A DNA stretch of 64,000 nt from the human T2T-CHM13v2.0 reference genome, Homo sapiens, in the NCBI RefSeq assembly GCF_009914755.1, contig NC_060927.1. The stretch is one strand, 5' to 3'. Made by a program: the position numbers and the translations under genes. Every line of letters starts with the position of its first letter. Position 1 is the first letter of the stretch. The notes beneath the pieces were generated by a model. That model made no database searches, was not told the DNA's origin, and saw only the letters and a list, made by a program, of their open reading frames with translations. Of this stretch, positions 12,071 to 27,347 are shown piece by piece.

Positions 12071-13680
12071 TCAAAGGGCAGTTTTTCAGGGCCTTTTGCT
12101 ATCTACCAGGGCTGTATTGTGGTGTTATTAACATTTACAAAATAAGCATTCAGTTGAATTACCATTTTAGTATGCTCTCAAAGATTCATACGATTGCAAA
12201 GAGCAAGATACCAAATGCTGCCTTAGAGAGCCTCAAATTTCCCCCAAAGAGATATTAAAGTGCAAGTAGTCATGTTGTATAGTTATGTCCTTCCATCTAT
12301 AACCTATCTCTCAAATAATATATATGAAGTTATTCTCAAATATCATGGGCACACAACAGGTTCTAATGAAATCTAAATCATCAATTTAATCACATAAATA
12401 ACTGCATAAATATAATAATACTAGCTGCATAAATGTTGACTATGAAAAAAAAAAACAACGATTCCCTGGAAATTATATCTGTTTACAAAACTGGGCCTAA
12501 GTGTCATTTGTCCATAAAACCTGACTTCAGCTTGAACTTTCAGGAGAAGAAATCTAGAGTTACCAAATGGGAAATTCGTTGCTTAGTCCTATTTAAGGCA
12601 TGAAGATGGCCCCTACAAATCCCAAATGATTTGTCTGTCAAAAGGCCTGTTACACAAGTCTGATTTACAGTGTGTACCAGGTGTAATGAACTTCCAAAGA
12701 CAAAGGACTTTGCAGAAATTAGGGCCTTTTTCCTTAGTAAACTTGAAGAATTGCCAGTTTGTGGCAATACTATCCAAAGGCTTTGCATCAAAAATACTCC
12801 CAAAAGCTGTGCGTCTCATGATACCATGATCCAACTCCTACTATGTGCAGGTAAGATGTGAAATGAGACACCAACAGCCAGTTGCTTGTGGGACGGGCTA
12901 AGGACAAGCCATAAACATGCAGAAATTTATCCTGACTTTTTTTTATAGTTAAGCTTTAGCTAAATTTAGCAATTGTGATTATTCCATGCAGATCATAAAA
13001 CCTCTATATTTGCTATTAAAATTGCCCTCTAAAAAAAACCTAGGGCTTAATAATCCAAAGGATATTAATGATTCAATGGCAAAACAAGATGGCTCAATTG
13101 TCAAATTAGTTGGATATTTCTTTTGTATGGGTTTGTATCATTTTATAAACCACAGGCAGGGTGGAAAGTGCCATTACGTTTTTCGTCTGCTATTGTTTCT
13201 GCACTGACAATTTATTAAGCAATAAATGGCAAAGCGAAGCCAAGGACCATATAAATCTAGCCAGCTGGAATGCACACTGCATGAATCTCAAGAGAACATG
13301 AATCTTATCACATTCCTGAAAGTTTTTTATCAACTATAGACATTTTTACTTCCGAGGTTTTTGGATTGTTTTATAGATTCTGAAATATGACTTGTATATA
13401 GATAATAAACATTAGCTTATTCCATCTCTTGGGTAGTGAAGCTTGGCAGAAGAATGGTGAAAACTGGGCTGAGAGGTGAGGAATGTAGTCCCTCAGTCTG
13501 ACTTTGCAGAGGCAACTGATCATGGTCACGAACAGATAGCAAGCAGCCGTTTCTTCATACTTAGCTCTTAGTCAAAAGAAAATGTTACATTAAAAAAGGC
13601 AGAATTTTCAACCACCTCTCAATACTTAATACATACTACTTTTCCTCAGGACTTGATAAATAATATAGACTCTGCGTGTC

Positions 13681-13682
<2 letters not shown>

Positions 13683-13720
<38 letters not shown>
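13683..13720. repeat. (TG)19 microsatellite
   Basis: Perfect dinucleotide run. Confidence 0.97.
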
Positions 13721-13721
<1 letters not shown>

Positions 13722-14525
13722 ATGCACTTGTGGGCATTTAGATTTGTTGTTTCATTTCATTATTTTATTAGAAGAAAAGTGGCAGAAGAATCACAGCAAT
13801 GCAACCATGACAGATCCTGGTAGAATGATCTAGCAATCAAATTACACTGCAATTTTATTACAAGTCTGACATTTCTGTGCGATGGATGTGTCTTGAGGGT
13901 GAATACTGGACTCCCTGGAAAGTCATCCTCATTTCCGGGATGCTGGGCAGGTATCCATTTTCTTTTTTTTCTTTATTAAAGCAAAGATATCCATTTTCAA
14001 GAAGCAAAGAGAAGGGAAGAAAGCATACAAAGGGACATTAACTCCATTCCAGTTGGCTTCTCACCAGGCTCTACGACAGTGGATTGAACAAAACTCAAAG
14101 GGGCACTTTACTAAGAAACGGTTCTAGAGAAACTTTGGGGGGAAAACACTAGGACCCTTAAAGGTCTTTTTTTGCCCTTATAGCACAGCCCTCACAGGGC
14201 ACTGTAGTGAAGATTCATACTATTACGTCAAAGAGAATATACTGAGCTAACACTTAAGATCTTCGAAGTCCTAAGGCGCGCTGCTTTGGGAATCACTCAC
14301 CTTTCCTTTGTCCTTAATTCCTCAGTTAATTAGGACAAGTAATTCCTAATGTCAGCTCCATCTCCCCACCCCAGGGATAAGAGAGGCAATGTGTGTCACC
14401 ACAGAGTCCTCCAAACACAGCAAACTGTCAAAGGCAATTTAAAAAAACAAAAAATCAAAAAACAAGAGAGCCATCACCATAGCAACTAGAGGCCTGTCTG
14501 AAAAGTTACTGGGAGAAGAACGCAC

Positions 14526-14701
14526 CTCTCAGTTTAAACATCTCTCCATTAGCAGAGTACACCACCAGCATGTGGGGAGCTTCATCGCTCAGGGACACTA
14601 TGGCTCCAGATAAAGACAGGACTCCTCGAGGCTTCTGGTGTTTGCTTTGCTCATTCACAAAATACTGCAGGATGCCAGCCTCGAAATCCAGTACGAAGTA
14701 C
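14526..14701 (-). CDS. OSBPL10: OSBPL10 internal coding exon (exon 2, 176 nt), PH domain: (R)[58 protein letters not shown]
   Basis: Acceptor TTTCTCTGTGCAG|G (AG at 14703-14702) and donor GAG|GTGCGT (GT at 14525-14524). The exon is 1+174+1 nt. The translation is a PH-domain core recognised as ORP10 and joins in frame with the exon at 11300-11379. Confidence 0.96.
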
Positions 14702-15459
14702 CTGCACAGAGAAACCACAGTACATCATTTTTCTCTCCTACCCTATTCTGCACAGCAAAGCAGAAAAAAGCAAAGTGATCCAGAAGTCAACATCAAGACT
14801 CCACATCCATGAAGCTGGAAACCAAAAGTCCCTCCCAGATGCCCATAGAAGTTAGCCTGAGTAGGGAGAGAGCACTGGATTCTTAAATCAGAGTGGCGCT
14901 CATAATGGGGCACTTGTGGGCAAGGGCCAGGACCACTCAGGATTTGGTGCCATGCCCACACTTCACCCAGTACCCATGGATACCACATTAAACCTCAGAA
15001 TGGCAGAGACTGGCAGAAGCATTGCAACACAGCCTCTTGCAACATGCTCCACATGAATTCACAGGAACAGTTGAAATTCACAAGGCCTCCAGGAGAGGTA
15101 GTTTCACACCCAGAGAGCAGCAGCAAGCTTGGTCTCCAACTTCCTGCCAGTGGCATGGGTACCATAAGGAGCCTGAGCACCTGGCAGCATCTGTCAGGGA
15201 ACTGGAGGTGCTTCTGCAACCATCTGGACACGCTCTAGCAGGCCCATTCACACGAAGGCAAGGAATCCCCCTGCTCTGGGACGTTGAAATGCCACTGAAC
15301 TCTACATCCATGGTAAAAGAAGAAGAACTCCAATTTGCTTAAATCACACAATGAATCTTTGTAGCCAAATATCTGGCCTGTTAATTTTCTCAAGCTATTA
15401 CCTAGGAAGTAGTCAAGACAATTTCCCCTTCTCCACCAGGAGGGAAATGTCTTCACCTG

Positions 15460-16170
15460 AGCCTCAGATTCTTACTGTGGCCTTGAGGCCCGCCCCTGCT
15501 GACTTTTCTACCTTCTCACTTCATCTTCCACTGACACTAGTCTTTTCTCTCTTCCTTCATAGTCACCAAGTTGCCTCCTGCCACAGGACCTTTGCACATG
15601 CTGTTCTTGCTGTCTGGAGCAGTTACTCAAAGTGTGGTCTGCAAATTTTGACGGTCTACAAACTGTTACCAGTCCACCACACCCTTTTGAAACATTTCCT
15701 GCATTTGGCTTTGTTTCAATATCCAAATGCATAGATCAGTTGGACAAGTCTCAACAGTTCAGAAGTTGTCAAACACACGTGGTCCACACAAGCTACATAC
15801 TAGTCATGAACCAATGACAGTGCAATTGGCAGATGGAGTGAAGCAGGTCCTTCACCATAGATAGTTTGAAAAACACTTGCCCAGAATGCTACTCCCCCTG
15901 CCTGGAATATGGTTCCTACCCCTTCTTGCCGTGTCAAGTTCTCCTGACCGGGTCAAATATTCTTTCTTGCAGCACTTTGAAATGCTCCCTCATGGTACTG
16001 GCCCCATTTGAAGTCTACATTTGTGTGATTATCTGATTCAATGACTGGTTTCCCCACTAGACTACACTCTGCGGAAGTGGAAAGTGTTTTCCTCCCCACA
16101 GCGCCCAGCAGTGTGCCTGATAGTTCATTGCTACTCAGTTAGCACTTGTGCAAGGAATGAATAAAGAAAA
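15460..16170 (+). mobile_element. L2 3' fragment interrupted by a hAT-Charlie MER element (~15619-15878)
   Basis: L2 motifs GGACCTTTGCACATGCTGTT and GTGCCTGA...GAATGAATAAA; inner element has CAGTTACTCAAAGTGTGGTC / TTTGAAAAACACT ends. Confidence 0.6.
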
Positions 16171-17238
16171 AAACCTACTAAATCCCACGTTTCTCCATCC
16201 ATGCATCAAAGCACCCGGGTCATACAGTGAACTGATAGAGGCAATGCAACATATTTTACATTTTTTGAGGGATACATGGCGAGACTCAACATACCGTCTG
16301 TACTACCAACTCAGGGACTTTTCACAGTTTTAATATTATATTGCACTACACTCCTTTTGATGCCATCATATTTTTGCAAAGAGTTTCAGCAGGTGCTACG
16401 ATTTAAAAAAAAACATCAACGTAGAACAGGAAAAGAGAACAGCAATGTCCAGTATGATTCCAAGGTTTGAGAAGCTGTGCAGTACCCACAGGTACACACA
16501 TCCCATTAATAAGTAATTGTGGTTATTTAAGAAACTAAAATATTTTTCTTTCAATTGATATTATTTTTTCAAATAGCTACTGAGTTGTTTAGACATAAAT
16601 ATGTATGAGGTTGTTTGGAACTAACCACTTAAAAAATGAATCTGTTAGATACTTATTTTAACCTAGAAGCACCAACAACCAGCAAAGTTCACAAACCTCT
16701 AAATTATTCTCACAATAACCCAACAGAATAGATGTTATCCCCACATTATACGTATCCTGAGACTTGAAGGAATTTAAAATCCAAGTTCAACTCTTCTGTG
16801 TCCAAAGTTCAGGCTCGGGTCCACTCCAGCAAACTGAAACTCCTTGATTCTCACTCAAGTCCTTCCTTGTAACTTCTCCATATCACTTCTCCAGGACCTA
16901 TTTACATACTTCATTCTCCAAATCTCCCTGTTCCAACAGAGATAATGAAGCTGAAAGCTCCTTTGCCTGGCAGTAGAGGTCCCTACTTATGGCCCCGGCA
17001 AGGGAGCAAGTCGCAGCCATCTCATTAGCACATGACTGCCCGGGTGGCAGTCCTCCAAAGCTCCAATTCCTCTAAGAAATCGTCCACTTTGAATTATTTT
17101 TAATATTTCAGATGGTCTGGCCAAGACTACTATCTATTTTACTCTTCTTCCCTCTCATCTCTCAAGTCATTCTAATAACGGTATTTCTGGTTCTCATGAA
17201 CAGCGTGGATAAACGAAGACGCAAAAATGTGTCAGAAC

Positions 17239-17399
17239 CAGGGCTATTCAAAGTGTGATCCCCAAGCCGGCAGTAACAACATTGCCTGGGATCTTGTTAG
17301 AAATGGAAAATCTTGGGCCCCACCCAAGCCCTGCTGAATCAGAAACTGTTTTAACAAGCTTCCAGGTAATCTGCTGCAGGTGAAGTGTGAAAATCACTG
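17239..17399. mobile_element. MER5A (hAT-Charlie)
   Basis: CAAAGTGTGATCCCC...CTTGTTAGAAATG...GAATCAGAAACT...AATCACTG. Confidence 0.8.
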
Positions 17400-17404
17400 G
17401 CGTA

Positions 17405-17735
17405 AACTACCATCAACAAATCCCTTTCCTCCTCTTCCAGAGAAGCCACATCCAGAACATATTTCTCAGCCTTCCCTGCACTTAGGGTGTGGCTTTTTGA
17501 GCTTTAGCCAATAGAATGTGAGCAGAAGTGTGCACACACGCACACACACACACACACGCACTGGAATGGAGACAACCTACAGCACAACTTGGGAGAGCCT
17601 GGGTCCCTGAAACACCACCTGGAAGAGCATCACCTGCTGAGCAACACCCACATCAGACCACTATATTAATAAGAAAGAAACTTTAACTAGGCCACGGGGA
17701 TCAGTATCTGTTATAGCAGCTGCTAGCCTTACATT
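17405..17735 (+). mobile_element. MLT1J/K-type MaLR LTR remnant with internal (CA)n
   Basis: ATTTCTCAGCCTTCCCTGCA...GCCAATAGAATGTGAGCAGAAGTG...GCCTGGGTCCCTGA. Confidence 0.6.
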
Positions 17736-18005
17736 AACAAAGACATAAAAAACCCTTTTTATTTGTATTTTCAGATCCTTCTACTTGAAATTTGCCCCTA
17801 TTCTTTAATGTGGGGCAAAAACCAAACTCCCTCAATGAGAGAAGAACCAGGGTAACTTCTGAGCAGCAAATGGTCAAATTATTTAAGTGCTGACTGCCTT
17901 GAGGAGTGTCTTCCACTTGACCTATATTTAATGTCATTCTGACTGCGGCTGTGCAGACAATGCTCATGGCAAGTTAGAACATGAACAATCATCCTTTCAA
18001 GCTGA

Positions 18006-18694
<689 letters not shown>

Positions 18695-20019
18695 ACATGC
18701 CACTCTTACACAAAGGTAAGTAGAAAAGGAAGGGGATAAACTTTCAATGAAAAGGCAAAGTAACATGTCCTCAGTTTCCCCATCTACTCTATGCCATTGA
18801 CTGGAATGAAGCAAAGGCTTAACTTTTCTCTCCTTACCGCTCCTACCAACTTATCCACAGAGAACCTGCCAGCTTGCCAGCTTTTCTCTCTCCTAGAGGC
18901 AGCTTCCCAAATGCATCCTGTTCAAACAAATAACTATATAATTGAAGAGGACATTATTTAGGAGCTGGTATAAAGAAATGAATTGAACGCTGTTTTATTT
19001 TTTCAGTAAGTATGACAGAATAACCAACTGATGTCACATTATATAGGATATAGGGACACATTAATGATTTTTCACATTAACTATTTCAAACTGACATCTT
19101 TAACTTTCTGCCTCAGATGAAAAAAAAGAACATGTTTCCACTGCTTTCTAAAATAGTTTCAATGCAAATGCACAGGTTTGAATCATGTGTACTAAGGAGA
19201 GTTATCAATAATTTACTCCTCTTCTAAAGACAGTTAAAATTTTTATATTTGGAAGGGACTGATGGGACACTATCTGATTAAAAATTCCAACAGACTAGAA
19301 AAAAATTGCAACAGACTCAACAAGTGTTCTTTCAGCATGGCCTCTAACAGTTAAGTCAGCTTGTGTCATATATGGATAAGCACTGTCCATATAGCATTAA
19401 GAATTCCTGTGGGTCACATTCCCTGGTAGGAAAGAAATTAAATTTGGTTTCCCACAGGGTCATGGCTTTGTCAGGTACTGCTGTTAGGAGCACGCAGCTA
19501 TATCTCAAAGTCACAGCTTTCATTCTAAATGGAAAAGTAAACCGTATTTCTGGATCGGGCTTCATTAAACCAAGTGAAATTGTCAGATAAAATCCTGAAA
19601 CATTCTTAAAGATCTTCCCTTCTAGAGAACAGAATAAGGCAAATCTAATTCCTACGTTCTGGGGTTTATTAATTAACTTCTTGAAGCTACAGTGTGCAAC
19701 TTGACTGCTGTGTTGGTGAACTTAATTGTACCCAGAGAGAACATACTTTCTTTGCTATGTTAAAAATAACATCAATAAAAGAGGAAAAAAAAATCAAAGC
19801 ATGTGCTGCAGGGAGAAAGGGAAAATGAGGGAAGAAAGCGAACAAACCCATGAGGAAAGCCATCTTAATTCTCACCAGGCTAGCTTCTTGGTGAAACCCT
19901 TGCTCAATCCCAAAGCTGGGAGATAGGGCAAGTGTAGGCCCCTTCCTGGGAAGGGCTGAGGACAAGCCATTGCCTACTAACATCCTTCAGATATATCCAT
20001 TGTTTCCAAAAGAAGCACA

Positions 20020-20330
20020 AATGCACACATATATACCCTCATATACACTTATATATGTGACACACTCACACTGATGCCCACAAACATACATGCATCTCAC
20101 ACACACTATACATATAAACACACTCACACAGGTACTTGCATTCATGCTTACACATGTTCACACTCACATACTCACAAACTCATGCACACTTGCACAACTG
20201 GAGGCACCAAGAGTGTGACACACTCACACATTCATAACCACCCATGCACTCACCCTTGAAGGTGCATTTGCATATTCACACTCACCTGCACATGTTCTCA
20301 CTCGTTCACACCCACACACTGCACTGCCCT
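20020..20330. repeat. Degenerate CA-rich low-complexity tract
   Basis: Repeated CACAC/CATAC/CACTCAC units over ~300 bp. Confidence 0.8.
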
Positions 20331-20571
20331 TACCCACTCACTGTGCCTTGCCAGTCTTGCATCTCTGAGACATCATCTGTCTGCACAGGTACCCATTTCA
20401 TTGCTGCCTCTACACCCCCATCTACCCGACATAGTTTCATTAAGGTTCAACTTTAGGATCTAAAAGCTGACAAAAGCATACATGTTTCCTTTGTCGGGGA
20501 AGGAACTGGGCCTAGGATTTCACCAACAACCCTTAGCCAAACCCCAGGCAAGAAGAGAAATAGAAAGGAGA

Positions 20572-20900
<329 letters not shown>

Positions 20901-21533
20901 GAAAGGAGAAGGAGATGGGGGGTGGGGGGCTGCAGTGGGAAACAGCTCACTCATGCTGACAGCCAGAAGTTAGAGCCAAACTACAAGAGAATTACAAACA
21001 TGCATGAAAAAAATCTTTCTTTGAAGCACTCTGCTAGACAGGCTGGTTCTAACAAAAAGCAAAATCATTTCATCTAAATTTAAAAGTGAAAATTAAAACA
21101 ACAAGCATAAAGGGCCCAAGAAGGGGAGGTTATGGCCCTCTCTTTAATGACTGAGCAGCATACCTTACATAGCCACATTACTGCTATTACCAAGAGGGGC
21201 TCAGGCTCCTCTTAGTCCTGGTGAGGATCAGTCCCTCACTGCCACACAAGATGGTCAAGTCCAGGGCCATGAAGGCCCCTTACCTACCCAGGCCCACCTT
21301 CTGCCACGTGAAAGAGGAATGAGCACCAAGCTCCTAGCTGACCGCAGCTTCATGGAGAGGGTGGACCTCCCTGCTGAGATCTGCCTCGCCTTCCTCAGGC
21401 CTCTATCTTCTGAGACGCATCTGCTCCAAACTGCTGGACTGCATGAACGGGGCCTGTGAACAGACTTCTGCACCCTGTCTCGTCCTGACCAATGGCAACT
21501 ATGCCATGTTCTTCAGCTTAAGACCCTTCTCCT

Positions 21534-21829
21534 GGCCGGATGCGGTGGATCACGCCTGTAATCCCAGCACTTTGGGAGGCTGAGGCGGGCGGATCACGAG
21601 GTCAGGAGTTCGAGACCAGCCTGGCCAATATGGTGAAACCTCGTCTCTACTAAAAATACAAAAATTAGCTGGGCATGGTGGCATGCACCTGTACTCCCAG
21701 CTACTCGGGAGGCTGAGGCAGAAGAATCGCTGGAACCCAGGAGGCAGGGCTGCAGTGAGCCGAGGTCATGCCACTGCACTCCAGCCTGGGTGACAGAGTG
21801 AGACTCCATCTCAAAAAAAAAAAAGAAAA
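21534..21829 (+). mobile_element. AluS (Sg-like)
   Basis: GGATCACGAGGTCAGGAGTTCGAGA; TSD ACCCTTCTCC. Confidence 0.93.
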
Positions 21830-22924
21830 CCCTTCTCCATGTGGGATAGTTACTACCTGACTCTTCCAGAGTTGCAGTCAACAGACACCCCCACGAACAC
21901 ACTAATGGCAGAGACTGAGACCCTCCCTACCCTCAGCATCTCCCCACCCCCACATGGTTCCCACTAAAAGATTTGCCTGGTACAAGGTCCAAGCTGGAAG
22001 GAGCAGTTCTTTCCAGCAATGTACACACTGATTCTTGAGGTTTCAGTAGCCTTCCAGGTCCCTCCTGTGCACAAACATCTAAAGCTTCACCATCTCTGAG
22101 ATCAACAAGTACCTTGTTTATAAAACTTCCAATCTACTACTTACAGAAAAACTCAGGAAAAGTCAGCAAAATAAAGCACACTCAGTATGTGAAGTGGGGG
22201 GCCAAACTATGGATGCATTTTCCCGAGTGTCCCATATGTTTTTAAAATTAATATCATCTGGTAATCATTTGTTGAACCCTTCTCATCTCCAGAGATCAAC
22301 AGACTAAAGTCAGCAAAAAGTTTCCTCCTTGGAGCTACCAGTGTCACATAGGAGGTATCTACACATCTCCAGGTGGGGCTGTAATGCCTTAATCATTGCG
22401 GTGAAGGAAAGAAAGCATAATATATAACCCCAAAATATGCTCAACCTAGAGGGTAGAAAGAAAAGAAACTTTCTTCCTTCCCTATAGTAGTCTTGTCATC
22501 TTAGAAGAGTTTATACTCAAAAACCTTAAGAGGTTTAGAAGAAAATAGTAAGTTTTCTAGAATTTCTCTCATGATAACCAAACTTCCTGGAAGTAAGACA
22601 CTGGATCCTACAGCCAAAACCTTACAACAGGTTCCAAGGCACAGCACCTGCAGGCAAACTCAATCCCAACCAAACTTTAAAATCTGGAATCTTCTTAACT
22701 CTTGGAATTTGTGGCAATGACTAGAGAAATGCAGTGGTCTTCTTACATCTCTCAGCTACTTGTCTGTGACCAGAGTCCCACCACTGCCACCATCACCATC
22801 CTCCCAAACCACCAAGATGTAGAGATTCCAACACACCCCAGGTGGTACTAAATTGTCAGAGGGTCCTCAGGCTCATCACCAAGCCAGGAACAAATATAGT
22901 CTATTACATAAGAATTATATTAGA

Positions 22925-24828
<1,904 letters not shown>

Positions 24829-26090
24829 TGTTTCTTAAAGTTTGGTCCAGTTGCTCTCTGCTTCTCAATCAGTTGAAAAGCTTGTTGAAAATGTGGATTC
24901 TGACTCTCAACCTACACCTAGAGGATCTTTGTGAAGGTCAGGAAGTCGGAAATGTGAATTTCAAGAAGTTTTCCAAGTGATTCAGAAGCACCCTCAAGTA
25001 CAAAAAACAGTGCAAAATCAGAGTCAAAATAAAACCTTCCGTTATTCATCACCCTGTTTTCCATCTGGTATGCCAAGCATTTCTCTCAATCATTCATTCA
25101 AACACCTGAGCACCCACACACCCATATAACCAAGATGAATGTTATTTAAGCATTAGCCAACCTCATTTTGTCTTAGTCAAAAACAGCCAAACCCCAGCTT
25201 TCCTAAATCACAGCAGCCCAGACAGTGGATTTCTTGGTTTTGTCACTCTGGAAGTGTTTTTGAGAAAGGTTTAAAGACATTGTTTGAAATCACCTGGCAT
25301 CGAGTTCCTGCATAATGGGATCATCACCTGGCATTATGAAGGTGCTCACTTGAGCAGAGGGGCTCCAGGGGCCAGGCTGAGTGAAGCACCTCAAGATTAA
25401 GAGCCACCAGCCTGAGAGGCTGCTGCTTTGGAGACCTCATAAAGCACCAGAATAAGTCAAAGTGAACTTTTAACTCAAGATTTGATGCACTGAGCTTGGA
25501 TTTGATCTATGATGAGACTCGATCTGCTTTTAAAGACTAGTTGATTTAAGCCCGAAAGAACTGAGACCTGTCTTATGAGAATTAATATAGGCTTTCACAA
25601 TATTGCCTCATTTCCCTCTGAACTATTAACTCTTGAGTTTCTGGTGTCTTTAGGTGAAAATTTCGATACCAATCTGCGTCTTAATGCTCACAAATTATAT
25701 CTTATTCTTGATACTGACGATGTTGGAACTTACCTGGAAATGAGCTAAGTCCTGATTCACGTCTCTGCTTTGTACTATAACACACCCATCCTGAAAGTCA
25801 CGCTGAAAAAATTCTGATACTAGCTAAAGCCCTGGGGTAAAAGTGGGTGAGCAACCCCAGTTTAGTACCCACCAAGAGCAAGAGAGATGGGAGCTGTCCT
25901 GTGGAGGCCAGGAGAAGCAAACCCAATCATCAACAAGCCCCATGGCTCAGCTTTTTCCCTAAACATCAACTAAGTCTCTAAATTCCACCGTCCCTGAATT
26001 CAAAGTGTCCTTTACTTTTTCTCTAGGGGCAACAAAGCATAGAGGAAGGTAGTGTGATTCGGCAGTCAGAGACCTAATTATGCCCTAGGC

Positions 26091-26272
26091 CAGGGGTTTT
26101 CAGACTTTGCCCACATCAGAATCACCTGGAAGTTGGTTAAAACACAGCTTCCTGGGCCCCTCCCCCAGAGCTTATGATTCAGGAGGTCGGGGTGGAGCAG
26201 GAGAATTTGATTTCTAACAAGTTCCCAGGTGATGCTGATGCTGCTGGTAGGACCACACTTTGGGAACCACTT
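26091..26272. mobile_element. MER5A
   Basis: CATCAGAATCACCTGGA...CTAACAAGTTCCCAGGTGATGCTGATGCTGCTGG...ACCACACTTTGGGAACCAC. Confidence 0.85.
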
Positions 26273-26764
26273 GTTTTCATTTTTGTGACCTCGGGCAAGT
26301 TCTTTATCCACTCTAAGACTTGATTTCCACATTTGCAAAAACAAAAAGCTGGCTAATTCGCTCTTGCAGTCCATCCCACCGTCTCTGTGCCCAAAGGTCT
26401 GCCTGCTTATAAAACAAGAATTTCCAAATGTTCATATCACATTCCTAAATGCAGACAGTAAATCAGATCTGATGCTGATGCTCATATTGCATTGTATCAG
26501 CAGTTTACTACAATGCCAACAAGACAGAACTTGAGAGCTTGTGTTTGCCATTTTTGGGGGGTGCCAGTGCCACGGAAATATTATTTGGCAGGGGCTCACA
26601 CTCAGCTGTCAGTGTGGTCAACTGTACATAGGTTCTGTGATATGAATAAAGCACTCTGGATAAGTTTATTCAGGTAATGGTTAAAGAGAAGAGAATCCAT
26701 ATAAAAGCTCAACAATGTTTTGAAGAGGGTAGCTCCAAGTCCCCAAACTAAGTTTTATTTGTAA

Positions 26765-27347
26765 GAATTCACTCATTTGTTTTCGGAAAAATTTTTACTA
26801 TCTGCTATGAGCCAGGTATTGTGCTAAGGATACATGTGGTATGGGTGACAAAGCCCCTATTCTAACGGGGGAGGGAAGCAGAGAATAAAATATTCACTAA
26901 AATGAGTGCCAAACTCTGGCTGTGATTGTGTGTTGTAATAGAAGTGAGTCAATTAGTAGAATTTGACTTACTAGGGCCTGTCTGGAGACGGAGGAACTGA
27001 GATCTGAGGTGTGAAGAAATGGACTCGGGGAAGAGGAGAGGAGAGAGTTCCAAGCAGAGGAAGGAGCACGTGTATGGCCCTGAGGACGGAGTGGGGAGAG
27101 GGAATGGAGAAAAACCAGTGTGTTTGGAGCAGAGAGAAGGAAAGAATGTGTGTTATCAGATGGGGCTAAAGACGTAGGCAATGCAAACCATGCTGCGCCT
27201 ACAAGGCGTGGCGGGACTTTATCCTAACATCAACCAGCGGCAGGGACAGAACCAGAACTACTTTGTAGAAAGAGAATTCTAGCTCCAAAGTAGGGAAAGG
27301 CCAGGAAAGAAGCCAGGTGGGAGCAGAGGGAGCAGAAAGGCGGCTGC
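26765..27347 (-). mobile_element. L2 (left part)
   Basis: ATTCACTCATT...CTATGAGCCAGGTATTGTGCTAAG is the reverse L2 3' end. Confidence 0.65.

Larger units (their letters stand above)
11380..14525 (-). other. OSBPL10: OSBPL10 intron between the two PH-domain exons (3146 nt, GT-AG, phase 1)
   Basis: Bounded by the splice sites above. Confidence 0.93.

Noticed and set aside
25509-25564. C/D-box-like pair ATGATGA...CTGA
   Set aside because: Only 56 nt, antisense to the host gene, with no convincing terminal stem or recognisable rRNA guide
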